DNA from: an uncultured virus (IMG/VR IMGVR_UViG_3300025674_000003)
Lineage: Duplodnaviria > Heunggongvirae > Uroviricota > Caudoviricetes > Crassvirales
IMG/VR virus record: IMGVR_UViG_3300025674_000003
DNA length: 64,000 nucleotides
Reading direction: 5' to 3' (one strand)
Shown: positions 10,082-17,350 of the stretch, in pieces
Layout of the letters: the number at the start of each line of letters is the position of its first letter
Numbering within the stretch: position 1 is the first letter of the stretch
Position numbers and translations under genes: made by a program
The notes under the pieces: model-generated
Database searches by the model: none
What the model was told of the DNA's origin: nothing
What the model saw: only the letters and a program-made list of their open reading frames with translations

Positions 10082-10315
10082 TTATTTTTTTGTTCCTTTA
10101 CCGTAATTGCCTCTATTTGCTTTAACACTTACAAACCTTTTTTTAGTATGATCATAGTCTTTGTCTAGTAACCAGTTTTTACCATGATTTTTTTCTGCTT
10201 TTCTTCTTTTTCTTTGATTTTCAGCTTTTTTACGCTTTCTATCGTCTGTTTTTGCATACTCAAGATCTCTCTTGGCTTTGTCTCTTCGTGCTTTTGCGCT
10301 TAATTTTTGAGCCAT
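10082..10315 (-). CDS. Very basic small protein with degenerate HNH-like motif
   Basis: DYDH...SVKANRG; first gene of the minus arm. Confidence 0.55.
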   Translation of the reverse strand: MAQKLSAKARRDKAKRDLEYAKTDDRKRKKAENQRKRRKAEKNHGKNWLLDKDYDHTKKRFVSVKANRGNYGKGTKK

Positions 10316-10332
10316 TTTAATTTTGTTTTCGT

Positions 10333-10359
10333 ATATTATATATACTTACATAGTTTTTA
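10333..10359 (-). promoter_or_regulatory. Putative late promoter (ATAAAAACTATGTAAGTATATATAATA)
   Basis: Heads the whole minus arm; matches four other intergenic copies. Confidence 0.5.
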
Positions 10360-10381
10360 TTGTTTTTACCTGTAAAACGAC

Positions 10382-10424
10382 TGACAATAGGTACTTACTT
10401 ATATATTTAGGTACCCTTATGTCA
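10382..10424 (+). promoter_or_regulatory. TGACA...TGTCA inverted-repeat site 1
   Basis: TGACAATAGGTACTTACTTATATATTTAGGTACCCTTATGTCA. Confidence 0.65.
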
Positions 10425-10645
10425 CATAAAATAAAAAAACGTCACAAATAGAGGGCTATGGTGTTACTACTAGTTTTTAGAAAAGTTTTTAGAAAAGCAA
10501 AATCGTTTCATTTTACCGGGTCCGGCCAATTTCTAGGGTTTTAGGTTTAACGTTTCAAGCCATTGTTTGATTTTCCAGGGAGTTTTTAGCTTTTTTTTAC
10601 TCAGCTAGTCACGGACTTGCGAGTGATTTACTTGTACGACCACTC

Positions 10646-10676
10646 ACGGACTTACTCGCGTCATATGTAGATAATA
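10646..10676 (+). promoter_or_regulatory. Putative early promoter P1
   Basis: ACGGACT-TACTCGCGTCATATGT-AGATAATA (16-nt spacer); an isolated extra CACGGACTTGCG lies at 10610-10621. Confidence 0.75.
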
Positions 10677-10718
10677 TATTCGAAGTTTAAAACTAATATT
10701 AATTTAATTTAAAATCCT

Positions 10719-10958
10719 ATGTCAAAAGTAAATCAAATTACTACAAAAAGATTTGTTATCAGAAAATCTTTAATCGGTAAAAACACAGTGATTACATTCA
10801 CTAACAAGAACAAAGAAGTATGTAAGTACAATCACGACTTAGTCTACAATCAATTAAAAGAAAAGTTCGATGCTATGCCATGCTTCAACAAGTACAACAG
10901 TTATACAAACTCAAACAATCTACCTAAGTTTGTAAGAGACCTTGAGAAAATAGTATAA
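10719..10958 (+). CDS. Early protein, paralogue A (79 aa)
   Basis: 62/79 residues identical to 11158-11397 by manual alignment. Confidence 0.85.
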   Translation: MSKVNQITTKRFVIRKSLIGKNTVITFTNKNKEVCKYNHDLVYNQLKEKFDAMPCFNKYNSYTNSNNLPKFVRDLEKIV

Positions 10959-11088
10959 CACTAATGACCTAAGCAAGTCACTAAACTGCTTTATTTTTTA
11001 TTAGCCTGGTTTTGAAATAGGATCGGAAGAGTATACTCCAACCTACGCTATACTTAAGTATTCTTTTTATACCATGTTAGCCACTCGC

Positions 11089-11119
11089 ACGGACTTGCGT
11101 GTTAATTTAAAAGATAATA
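11089..11119 (+). promoter_or_regulatory. Putative early promoter P2
   Basis: ACGGACT-N16-AGATAATA. Confidence 0.75.
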
Positions 11120-11157
11120 TAACTGTAAGCAACGAAGCTTACATTAAACTATATACT

Positions 11158-11397
11158 ATGCAAAATACTAAAAAACTTACAACAAAACGCTTTGTAATTC
11201 GCAAATCACTAATTGGTCAAAATGTAGTAATTACATTTACTAACAAAAACAAAAAGAAATGTACTTATAACCATGACTTAGTTTACAAGCAACTCAAAGA
11301 GCGATTTGAAGCTATGCCTTGCTTCGCTAAGTATAAATCTTATACTAACTCTAATAACTTACCAAAATTTGTTAGAGATTTAGATAAAATAGTCTAA
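11158..11397 (+). CDS. Early protein, paralogue B (79 aa)
   Basis: ATG 11158 gives the same length as paralogue A; the 11074 start would run through promoter P2. Confidence 0.85.
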   Translation: MQNTKKLTTKRFVIRKSLIGQNVVITFTNKNKKKCTYNHDLVYKQLKERFEAMPCFAKYKSYTNSNNLPKFVRDLDKIV

Positions 11398-11406
11398 ATA
11401 ATATAC

Positions 11407-11448
11407 TGACATTAGCTAGTTACTTATATACTTAATTAGCTTTTGTCA
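11407..11448 (+). promoter_or_regulatory. TGACA...TGTCA inverted-repeat site 2
   Basis: TGACATTAGCTAGTTACTTATATACTTAATTAGCTTTTGTCA. Confidence 0.65.
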
Positions 11449-11477
11449 GTTTTTTTATAACTGATGCAAATTCTTGC

Positions 11478-11508
11478 ACGGACTTGCGTCAAAAAACTAT
11501 AGATAATA
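11478..11508 (+). promoter_or_regulatory. Putative early promoter P3
   Basis: ACGGACT-N16-AGATAATA. Confidence 0.75.
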
Positions 11509-11603
11509 TATGCGAGATTATTATTATACTGTGCTCATCAAGACACAGTGCATTATACCTCAGCACTATTTTTATTTACTAAACAAAATAACACCTTTAA
11601 ACT

Positions 11604-11816
11604 ATGCAAGAAAACACTATTAAATTCTTAAACAAAACAACTATTAAACTAAATAATAAGACTTACAATGGCTATCTAGTCGGCGAGTTACCAAAGAAAT
11701 TTGCTTTTATTTACAACGAGCAAAAAGATCAGGAAGGTATAACTCACTGGTTTAACTATAAAGGTCTTACATTTGTAGAAAAACAAGTAAGTATATGGGA
11801 TGCTTTACGTCAATAA
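11604..11816 (+). CDS. Early hypothetical protein
   Basis: 70-aa ORF after P3. Confidence 0.7.
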   Translation: MQENTIKFLNKTTIKLNNKTYNGYLVGELPKKFAFIYNEQKDQEGITHWFNYKGLTFVEKQVSIWDALRQ

Positions 11817-11821
11817 ACCGT

Positions 11822-11852
11822 ACAGACTTAACAAAAAAAACTATAGATAATA
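11822..11852 (+). promoter_or_regulatory. Putative early promoter P4
   Basis: ACAGACT-N16-AGATAATA (one mismatch). Confidence 0.7.
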
Positions 11853-11867
11853 TATTAAAATAATACT

Positions 11868-12011
11868 ATGAGTATAACTAAAACATTAGATACACTAGCA
11901 CAAGAGTGGTATGGCGAGTTTGGCTTTTCTACATGCACTAGTGAAGAACAAGACGTTATAGTAAACTACGTCTTCAAACAACAACAAGAACAAAAAAGTA
12001 AAAATAAATAA
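11868..12011 (+). CDS. Early hypothetical protein (47 aa, MSITKTLDTLAQEWYGEFGF...)
   Basis: Hand translation; fills the gap between P4 and the next gene. Confidence 0.65.
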   Translation: MSITKTLDTLAQEWYGEFGFSTCTSEEQDVIVNYVFKQQQEQKSKNK

Positions 12012-12013
12012 CT

Positions 12014-12442
12014 ATGACAAACTATCAAAAAGAGCAATTTATGCTAGAAGAACAGTTCGTAAAGCGTTTGCTTATCGACTATGGAATCAGAGAAGTAACA
12101 ACACAAAGACAAGCTAAAAACAGTACTCGTGAGTTTGAGTTTCCTGTACCTTGCTACTCAAAACAAAGACTTAAGTGGTTTAAAAGTAAAAACTATAACT
12201 TAAAAGATCTACCTCGACTAAGAATCGCTGTGTTTAAATCAGGCTATGTACGCAAGCAAAACGGTGTATACAAAGCTTACCAACTAAATCCTACTTACGA
12301 CCAAAATAACAGGTGGGTTTGGATGCGAGATAACGGTGAGCTATATGTATCAGAGCATATAAATAAAGCAAGAGCACTTATTTACTCACCACTTGTAAGA
12401 CTAAATTTTATGCTAAAATATTATCTTAAAAACTATGCGTGA
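12014..12442 (+). CDS. Early hypothetical protein
   Basis: 142-aa ORF. Confidence 0.7.
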   Translation: MTNYQKEQFMLEEQFVKRLLIDYGIREVTTQRQAKNSTREFEFPVPCYSKQRLKWFKSKNYNLKDLPRLRIAVFKSGYVRKQNGVYKAYQLNPTYDQNNRWVWMRDNGELYVSEHINKARALIYSPLVRLNFMLKYYLKNYA

Positions 12443-12563
12443 AAGAGCTATAAAAACAATACTAGATCTTACTGACAAGTATTCTAGACAAGAATTAGAA
12501 TCAATAAAAGATACACTAGAATTAGTAGCACTTAGCTACGACGTTAAAAAAATACTATTATGA
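12435..12563 (+). CDS. Early hypothetical protein (42 aa)
   Basis: Hand translation; overlaps the stop/start of both neighbours. Confidence 0.5.
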   Translation: MRERAIKTILDLTDKYSRQELESIKDTLELVALSYDVKKILL

Positions 12564-12703
12564 GATATAAAATATTATACATGAGCGACTTTTATGGCGC
12601 AGAAGAAATAGACACAGCAGAAACTAAAATAGAAGCTTTACGCCTTGTAGGTGAATACAAAATAGCTTTTCAGTCTAACAAAGTAAGTTATAAAAGAATA
12701 TGA
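12560..12703 (+). CDS. Early hypothetical protein (47 aa)
   Basis: Hand translation; ATGA overlaps on both sides. Confidence 0.55.
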   Translation: MRYKILYMSDFYGAEEIDTAETKIEALRLVGEYKIAFQSNKVSYKRI

Positions 12704-12915
12704 CTATTAATATAGAATATAACGACCACAATTACGAAGTTTACTTTGATGTAATACTTGGGTCTCACGGTGATTACTTTAATCCACCTGAACCACCTGA
12801 AATACATATACACTCTGTTGTAGGTGAAGATGGTAATGAAGTTCAAGATTATAGCATAATAAACTATGCTGAAGAAGAAATATATTACAGACTAAACGAC
12901 GGTTATTTTGACTAA
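12700..12915 (+). CDS. Acidic early hypothetical protein
   Basis: 71 aa, D/E/Y-rich, GDYFNPPEPPEI. Confidence 0.65.
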   Translation: MTINIEYNDHNYEVYFDVILGSHGDYFNPPEPPEIHIHSVVGEDGNEVQDYSIINYAEEEIYYRLNDGYFD

Positions 12916-12946
12916 ACGGACTAAATATAAATGACCACAGATAATA
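12916..12946 (+). promoter_or_regulatory. Putative early promoter P5
   Basis: ACGGACT-N16-AGATAATA. Confidence 0.75.
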
Positions 12947-12971
12947 TATATGAATTACAAAAATATAAACT

Positions 12972-13166
12972 ATGTATTGTAAATGTAAACCAAATACTAA
13001 AATACCTGAAGCTCGAGTAGCTATGGGTTATAAGACGTGTGTTGATTGTTCTACTACTGAGCAATATAGTTATGTACCAATTATTAATCATAAGACTGGT
13101 AATACTATTCAGATAGTAAGTCAATCACTCTCCGCTGTGGTGCATAGGTCATGGCGGAGAAAATAA
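12972..13166 (+). CDS. DksA/TraR-type C4 zinc-finger-like protein
   Basis: CKC...IPEARVAMGYKTCVDC resembles the IPxxR...CxxC zinc finger. Confidence 0.55.
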   Translation: MYCKCKPNTKIPEARVAMGYKTCVDCSTTEQYSYVPIINHKTGNTIQIVSQSLSAVVHRSWRRK

Positions 13167-13167
13167 C

Positions 13168-13446
13168 AGCTAGACGAGTAGCTTAATTAGGTATGATTAA
13201 AGGCAACAAGACATTTATGACACTAAGGTTTGATCACCTGTAATTGTGTGAACTATGACGTTGGCTCGATGATTACACATAAGTGAATAGCTAGCAAAAC
13301 ACCAATAACATCAATGCTCATTTACGCTTCGGCAGTATCAAGTAGTGCAGTATGTGAGGTGTTAAATAGTACAGTATCACGGATTGCAGAGTAATTAACT
13401 GCATGCACGGTGGAAGTCCGACTGCGAAAGCAAAGATAACTGTACT
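13168..13446 (+). ncRNA. Unassigned structured RNA(s)
   Basis: No convincing ORF, GC above background; stems AACACC/GGTGTT, GC-TTCG-GC, AGTACAGT/ACTGTACT, TGCAG/CTGCA, TGC-GAAA-GCA. Confidence 0.55.
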
Positions 13447-13449
13447 TAT

Positions 13450-13560
13450 GGGCGTGAGAAGGTCTTGACCGAGTACCGGTAACAGTAGACAACCAGGGAA
13501 TCCCATGGTGTCGAATCCAACCGGAGATTGGTAACGCAGGTTCGACTCCTGCCACGTCCA
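13450..13560 (+). ncRNA. tmRNA tRNA-like domain only (mini-tmRNA)
   Basis: Acceptor GGGCGTG/CACGTCC with G3.U70, discriminator A, stemless D-loop ending TTGAC, helix 2, T-arm GCAGG-TTCGACT-CCTGC. Confidence 0.8.
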
Positions 13561-13562
13561 CT

Positions 13563-13646
13563 ACAGACTGGTGGAAGCACAGTATCGAAAGAGTAAATCT
13601 GTCCGCCGTGAGAAGCTTAAGACATTGCTCACAGGTTGGTCGCCAA
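13563..13646 (+). ncRNA. Unassigned structured spacer RNA
   Basis: ACAGA/TCTGT enclosing GGTGGAAG and TC-GAAA-GA hairpins; GTGAG/CTCAC. Confidence 0.4.
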
Positions 13647-13650
13647 ATAT

Positions 13651-13724
13651 TGCGCTGTGGAGCAGTTGGTCAGCTCGCTAGGCTCATAACCTAGAGGTCG
13701 CAGGTTCGAATCCTGCTGGCGCAC
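13651..13724 (+). tRNA. tRNA-Met(CAT), initiator-like
   Basis: Cloverleaf TGCGCTG/TGGCGCA, GAGC/GCTC, CTAGG-CTCATAA-CCTAG, GCAGG-TTCGAAT-CCTGC. Confidence 0.93.
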
Positions 13725-13745
13725 CTAATTTTAAACTATATAATT

Positions 13746-13844
13746 ATGTGGAGTAACTGTTGCGGTGCAGAGCCGAGCTATTTAAGTGAAGATCTATGTA
13801 GTCAATGTCTTGAACATGCAGACTTTGATGACTATACGGACTAA
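13746..13844 (+). CDS. 32-aa Cys-rich mini-protein (MWSNCCGA...CSQCLEHADF)
   Basis: Hand translation; zinc-ribbon-like CC...CxxC. Confidence 0.55.
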   Translation: MWSNCCGAEPSYLSEDLCSQCLEHADFDDYTD

Positions 13845-13866
13845 ATATTAATACTAATAGATAATA
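13836..13866 (+). promoter_or_regulatory. Putative early promoter P6
   Basis: ACGGACT-N16-AGATAATA. Confidence 0.75.
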
Positions 13867-13881
13867 TAATAAAATAAAAAC

Positions 13882-14115
13882 ATGAAAACAATTTATCAGC
13901 AATTAAAACCAGAAATCAAATCTAAAATAAACCAAAGTGCTACAAAATACAGCACGGCTAAAAGACTTAAGTATACACTTATGGCTAAAAGATGGTGGTC
14001 AGATTTGACTGTAAGCGAACTAGGTGACATAATATCTTATGGCGGTATAGGTACTGTAGATGTATCACCACATGGTTATTTGTTTGGCAAAGATATTATT
14101 AAAAACGAACATTAA
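13882..14115 (+). CDS. Early hypothetical protein
   Basis: 77-aa ORF after P6. Confidence 0.7.
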   Translation: MKTIYQQLKPEIKSKINQSATKYSTAKRLKYTLMAKRWWSDLTVSELGDIISYGGIGTVDVSPHGYLFGKDIIKNEH

Positions 14116-14116
14116 T

Positions 14117-14473
14117 ATGAGTGATTCAATAAAAGCATGGCATGAAATGCAAGAAGAAAAACTAGCTTCATTAAAAGCAGATGAAGCAATAGCAAAAGTT
14201 ATAAGCGATCAAGGCGGTGAATATTATGTACCTCATAAAGGCGCTGAAGCTAAAGAAATAGTACACGCAGATGAGTCAGTTAAATATATATTTTTACTAG
14301 ATTTTTGTGACGGTAAAGTATATAGATATGACATTAGCGTATTATGTACAGATGAAAACAAATGGAATCCTGATCATGAAAGTTGTGAAGCATTTTTATA
14401 TGGTGCTGGTCACAGCTTAAAAGATTGTGAATGGATGGTAACTAATAATAATAAAATAGAATATGGCAACTAA
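14117..14473 (+). CDS. Early hypothetical protein
   Basis: ATG 14117 follows the previous stop directly. Confidence 0.65.
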   Translation: MSDSIKAWHEMQEEKLASLKADEAIAKVISDQGGEYYVPHKGAEAKEIVHADESVKYIFLLDFCDGKVYRYDISVLCTDENKWNPDHESCEAFLYGAGHSLKDCEWMVTNNNKIEYGN

Positions 14474-14909
14474 AATTTTAACAGAAAAATTAATCGAAGA
14501 AAAATTAAAAGAAAAAGGTATATCATTATATGATGGTGATGAAAATGCTTTAGAAAAATTACAAAAGTATTATGAGTTTGAATTGGTTGATAGTTATAAC
14601 AAATCACCAGACTACTCTATATACGCTGAATCAACAGCTGATGGCTATGAAGTTTGGGTTGCTACAAGCGGTGATGGTAGAGATGTGTGTATTAGTGAAG
14701 ATGTATATTATTATGACAGCGATCTTAGCGATCCTTTATTAGATGCTATGATGGACTATAATGAGATTATATATGTAGACGATCTAGAAGCTTATTTTGT
14801 GCAGGATGCTATTGATAGAGCTTGGGAAGCAATGGTTGATGATATGTATGGAGAAGTTGAAGATGAATTAATAGAACAAGGTTATGAAAGAGTTAAAGAA
14901 GAAGAATAA
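14463..14909 (+). CDS. Highly acidic early protein (possible DNA mimic)
   Basis: About 40 of 148 residues are D/E. Confidence 0.65.
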   Translation: MATKILTEKLIEEKLKEKGISLYDGDENALEKLQKYYEFELVDSYNKSPDYSIYAESTADGYEVWVATSGDGRDVCISEDVYYYDSDLSDPLLDAMMDYNEIIYVDDLEAYFVQDAIDRAWEAMVDDMYGEVEDELIEQGYERVKEEE

Positions 14910-14911
14910 TC

Positions 14912-15067
14912 ATGGATAAGATAGAGAAATACGTAAGAGAAAAATACCCTAAAAGATTTAAAAACAAAGAGGTATTAGTTAAAGAAGCAGCAGGTATATA
15001 CTTTGTGTCAACACATAAAGATGAATCACCTATAATATTAAATAAAAAAACACTAGATCAGTTATGA
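14912..15067 (+). CDS. Early hypothetical protein (51 aa)
   Basis: Hand translation; fills the gap, ATGA overlap with the next gene. Confidence 0.55.
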   Translation: MDKIEKYVREKYPKRFKNKEVLVKEAAGIYFVSTHKDESPIILNKKTLDQL

Positions 15068-15333
15068 AAATAAAAGTAAGACCAATGTATGGTAACTCAA
15101 ATAGATCAATTCCTAATCAATATAAGATAGTAACCCCTAAAGGTATATACTTTCAAAGCTATAACAGTATAATAGCCTATAAACCTTATCATGGTAAAAT
15201 ACAGTTAGATGAATATTATTGGGATTATTCAAGAACAACAGGTAAATACCGTAATATGTTTCTCAATGAATTTATAGATGAAACAAGAGAAAAAATAAAA
15301 TCAGGTAAATACAAGTTAGTGAATCTCAATTAG
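15064..15333 (+). CDS. Early hypothetical protein
   Basis: FQSYNSIIA...YWDYSRTTGKYRN. Confidence 0.7.
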   Translation: MKIKVRPMYGNSNRSIPNQYKIVTPKGIYFQSYNSIIAYKPYHGKIQLDEYYWDYSRTTGKYRNMFLNEFIDETREKIKSGKYKLVNLN

Positions 15334-15441
15334 TTATGAATAAGAAAATAAATTATGGAAAATTATTTTCAATTCTATTTATAATATTATTGTGTTACTT
15401 ATGTTTACTAGTAAAACAATATGAATTAGGATTATTATAAC

Positions 15442-15472
15442 ACGGACTTAACTTAACATTAATTAGATAATA
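15442..15472 (+). promoter_or_regulatory. Putative early promoter P7
   Basis: ACGGACT-N16-AGATAATA. Confidence 0.75.
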
Positions 15473-15479
15473 TATATAT

Positions 15480-15761
15480 ATGACAGAGCAACAAATGAAT
15501 AGACTTGCTGAAATTATTGTAGATAAAATAATACAGCGACAAACAGAATATGATGAAAAATTTAAGGCTGATCTAGCTGAATTAGCTAAACAAAACCCTG
15601 AATTAGAAATAGGTACTATAACTCAAGAAGAATTAATACAAGAAGAATTAGATAATTTATATGAAGATCTAAAAGAGTTAGAAGATAAAGAAGATTACGT
15701 GGCAGCAGCTTCATTACTTATTAAAATAGAAAAATATAAAAAGAAATACAATATAAAGTAA
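15480..15761 (+). CDS. Acidic coiled-coil protein with C-terminal UVR-like motif
   Basis: LKELEDKEDYVAAASLLIKI. Confidence 0.55.
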   Translation: MTEQQMNRLAEIIVDKIIQRQTEYDEKFKADLAELAKQNPELEIGTITQEELIQEELDNLYEDLKELEDKEDYVAAASLLIKIEKYKKKYNIK

Positions 15762-15803
15762 CGTGTATAGCATAACCGCATATACGCATAATAATTAATA
15801 GAT

Positions 15804-16322
15804 ATGAATATATTTTATTTACATTCTGACCCAGTTAAAGCAGCACAGATACAATACAATAAGCATGTGGTTAAAATGATCTTAGAATCAGCCCAAATGC
15901 TTTGTACAGCTCATCATCATTATGGTTCTGGAGATAATGTTCCTTATAAAAAAGCACATTATAATCACCCATCAACAATATGGTGTAGAGAAAATGATAA
16001 ACAATATATGTGGTTGTTTCATCATATGTTAGCTCTAGGTTCAGAGTATACTAAAAGGTATGGTAAAAAGCATGTTTCAATAGATAAATGTTTTGGTCCA
16101 TTGTCTTTTTTGCCACCTAATATACCTACAGATCAAGAATTTAAAGAACCTCCACAATGTATGCCTGATCAATATAAAGTTCCGGGTTGTAGTATTACAG
16201 CATATTGGAATTATTATGAAGGTGAAAAATATGTCGTAGCAGGTAAAAACGAGAAATTAATAACAAGACCAGATGAATTTTTTAATATCAATATTAGTAA
16301 CAGCTACAATATACCATGCTGA
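15804..16322 (+). CDS. Pyrimidine-dimer DNA glycosylase (DenV)-like protein
   Basis: MNIFYL..DP, KHVVKMILESAQML, HYNHPSTIW, EYTKRYGKKH. Confidence 0.7.
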   Translation: MNIFYLHSDPVKAAQIQYNKHVVKMILESAQMLCTAHHHYGSGDNVPYKKAHYNHPSTIWCRENDKQYMWLFHHMLALGSEYTKRYGKKHVSIDKCFGPLSFLPPNIPTDQEFKEPPQCMPDQYKVPGCSITAYWNYYEGEKYVVAGKNEKLITRPDEFFNINISNSYNIPC

Positions 16323-16605
16323 CCCAGCTCAATGCAATGCTGATTATTTAACTACAGCATCTCTTAAAACAATTAATGAAGCTGATCCTCAAAGTCATAG
16401 ATGGATAGCTGTTTCTAGAGATTTAGAGCAACACGGCTTCGTTTTTGGAACTAAAGTTTGTGTTGAAGGAGCAGGAGAACTAGATGGTGTTTGGACTGTT
16501 GAAGACCGAATGAATAAACGATGGAAAAAACGTATTGACTTCCTTGTGAATAAAGATGTAAAAGGCGGTAAATGGAATAAAGTAAAAATAACAATTATAA
16601 AATGA
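16273..16605 (+). CDS. 3D / RlpA-like double-psi barrel protein (cell-wall related)
   Basis: Hydrophobic N-terminus, ATIY, TAS, IAVSRDL, VEDR...RIDFL. Confidence 0.65.
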   Translation: MNFLISILVTATIYHADPAQCNADYLTTASLKTINEADPQSHRWIAVSRDLEQHGFVFGTKVCVEGAGELDGVWTVEDRMNKRWKKRIDFLVNKDVKGGKWNKVKITIIK

Positions 16606-16689
16606 GTAGATATAAAATTTATAAGCATTTAATTGCTACCGACGCGTTTGGTATACGTACCAAAATTAAAAATTTTGTAAAACCTAGGC

Positions 16690-16732
16690 AGACAAAAGCC
16701 TATAATAATAAGAAAGTAAGAGGCTAATGTCA
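16690..16732 (-). promoter_or_regulatory. TGACA...TGTC inverted-repeat site 3, overlapping the start codon at 16727
   Basis: Reverse complement TGACATTAGCCTCTTACTTTCTTATTATTATAGGCTTTTGTCT. Confidence 0.65.
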
Positions 16733-17350
16733 CGTGAAAGAAACATGAAGTGGTTAAACGATCGTAGAATAAATTATAGGTGTGATCCTATTAATGACAA
16801 ACCTACTATTGAAAATTCATTGTATAGTTACTATGAAAATGGCACGCATGAATGTTATCACTTGTTTAATAGTAAAGCTAAAATTACTACATATAAATCT
16901 TTAAAATGGCATTTTTATGTTTTATATTATTTAAATACAGAAATACAATTAAGACAAGGTTATTGTAGACTTATATTTAAATTTATAGCAAACAAAGAAA
17001 ATGGTTTTGTTACGTTTTTTATTAGTGATAAAAAGTTAAACGAAATGATTAATGATGTCTTTAATACTGGTGGCGAACCACCTATAAACAAAAAACGTAA
17101 GATAATATTTAAAGATTTTTGTGGCTTGTCGTTTGATCAAAAGATGAGTGTAGTAGGTAAGCTTATTGGTAGATCTACTCGCGTGAGCGTAGAAGATATT
17201 TATCAATGCATGTTAGATCTAAATGATTGCGGTAAAAAAATAACATGGAGTAGAATAGCGGGACTGCTAAATTGTTCAGAAAGAACTATAATAAGAAAAA
17301 TAAATAATGAATTAAAAAAAGAAAAAGATATATTAAATGAAGAAATATAA
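16727..17350 (+). CDS. C-terminal HTH DNA-binding protein; candidate replication initiator/regulator
   Basis: ITWSRIAGLLNCSERTIIRKI helix-turn-helix. Confidence 0.6.
   Translation: MSRERNMKWLNDRRINYRCDPINDKPTIENSLYSYYENGTHECYHLFNSKAKITTYKSLKWHFYVLYYLNTEIQLRQGYCRLIFKFIANKENGFVTFFISDKKLNEMINDVFNTGGEPPINKKRKIIFKDFCGLSFDQKMSVVGKLIGRSTRVSVEDIYQCMLDLNDCGKKITWSRIAGLLNCSERTIIRKINNELKKEKDILNEEI

Larger units (their letters stand above)
10316..10718. other. Divergent non-coding control region; candidate origin / physical genome end
   Basis: Coding strand switches here; contains late motif, TGACA site and the first early promoter motif. Confidence 0.6.

Noticed and set aside
11074..11157. N-terminal extension of the 107-aa ORF
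   Set aside because: Runs through promoter P2; paralogue alignment supports ATG 11158
13396..13439. TAACT-GCA... as a separate tmRNA tag frame (ACTVEVRLRKQR) or a permuted two-piece tmRNA
   Set aside because: Lies within hairpins, has a basic non-degron C-terminus, and the tRNA-like domain is in unpermuted order
13318..13561. Minus-strand ORFs of 62 and 79 aa
   Set aside because: Antisense to structured RNA in a plus-strand region; openness is explained by higher GC
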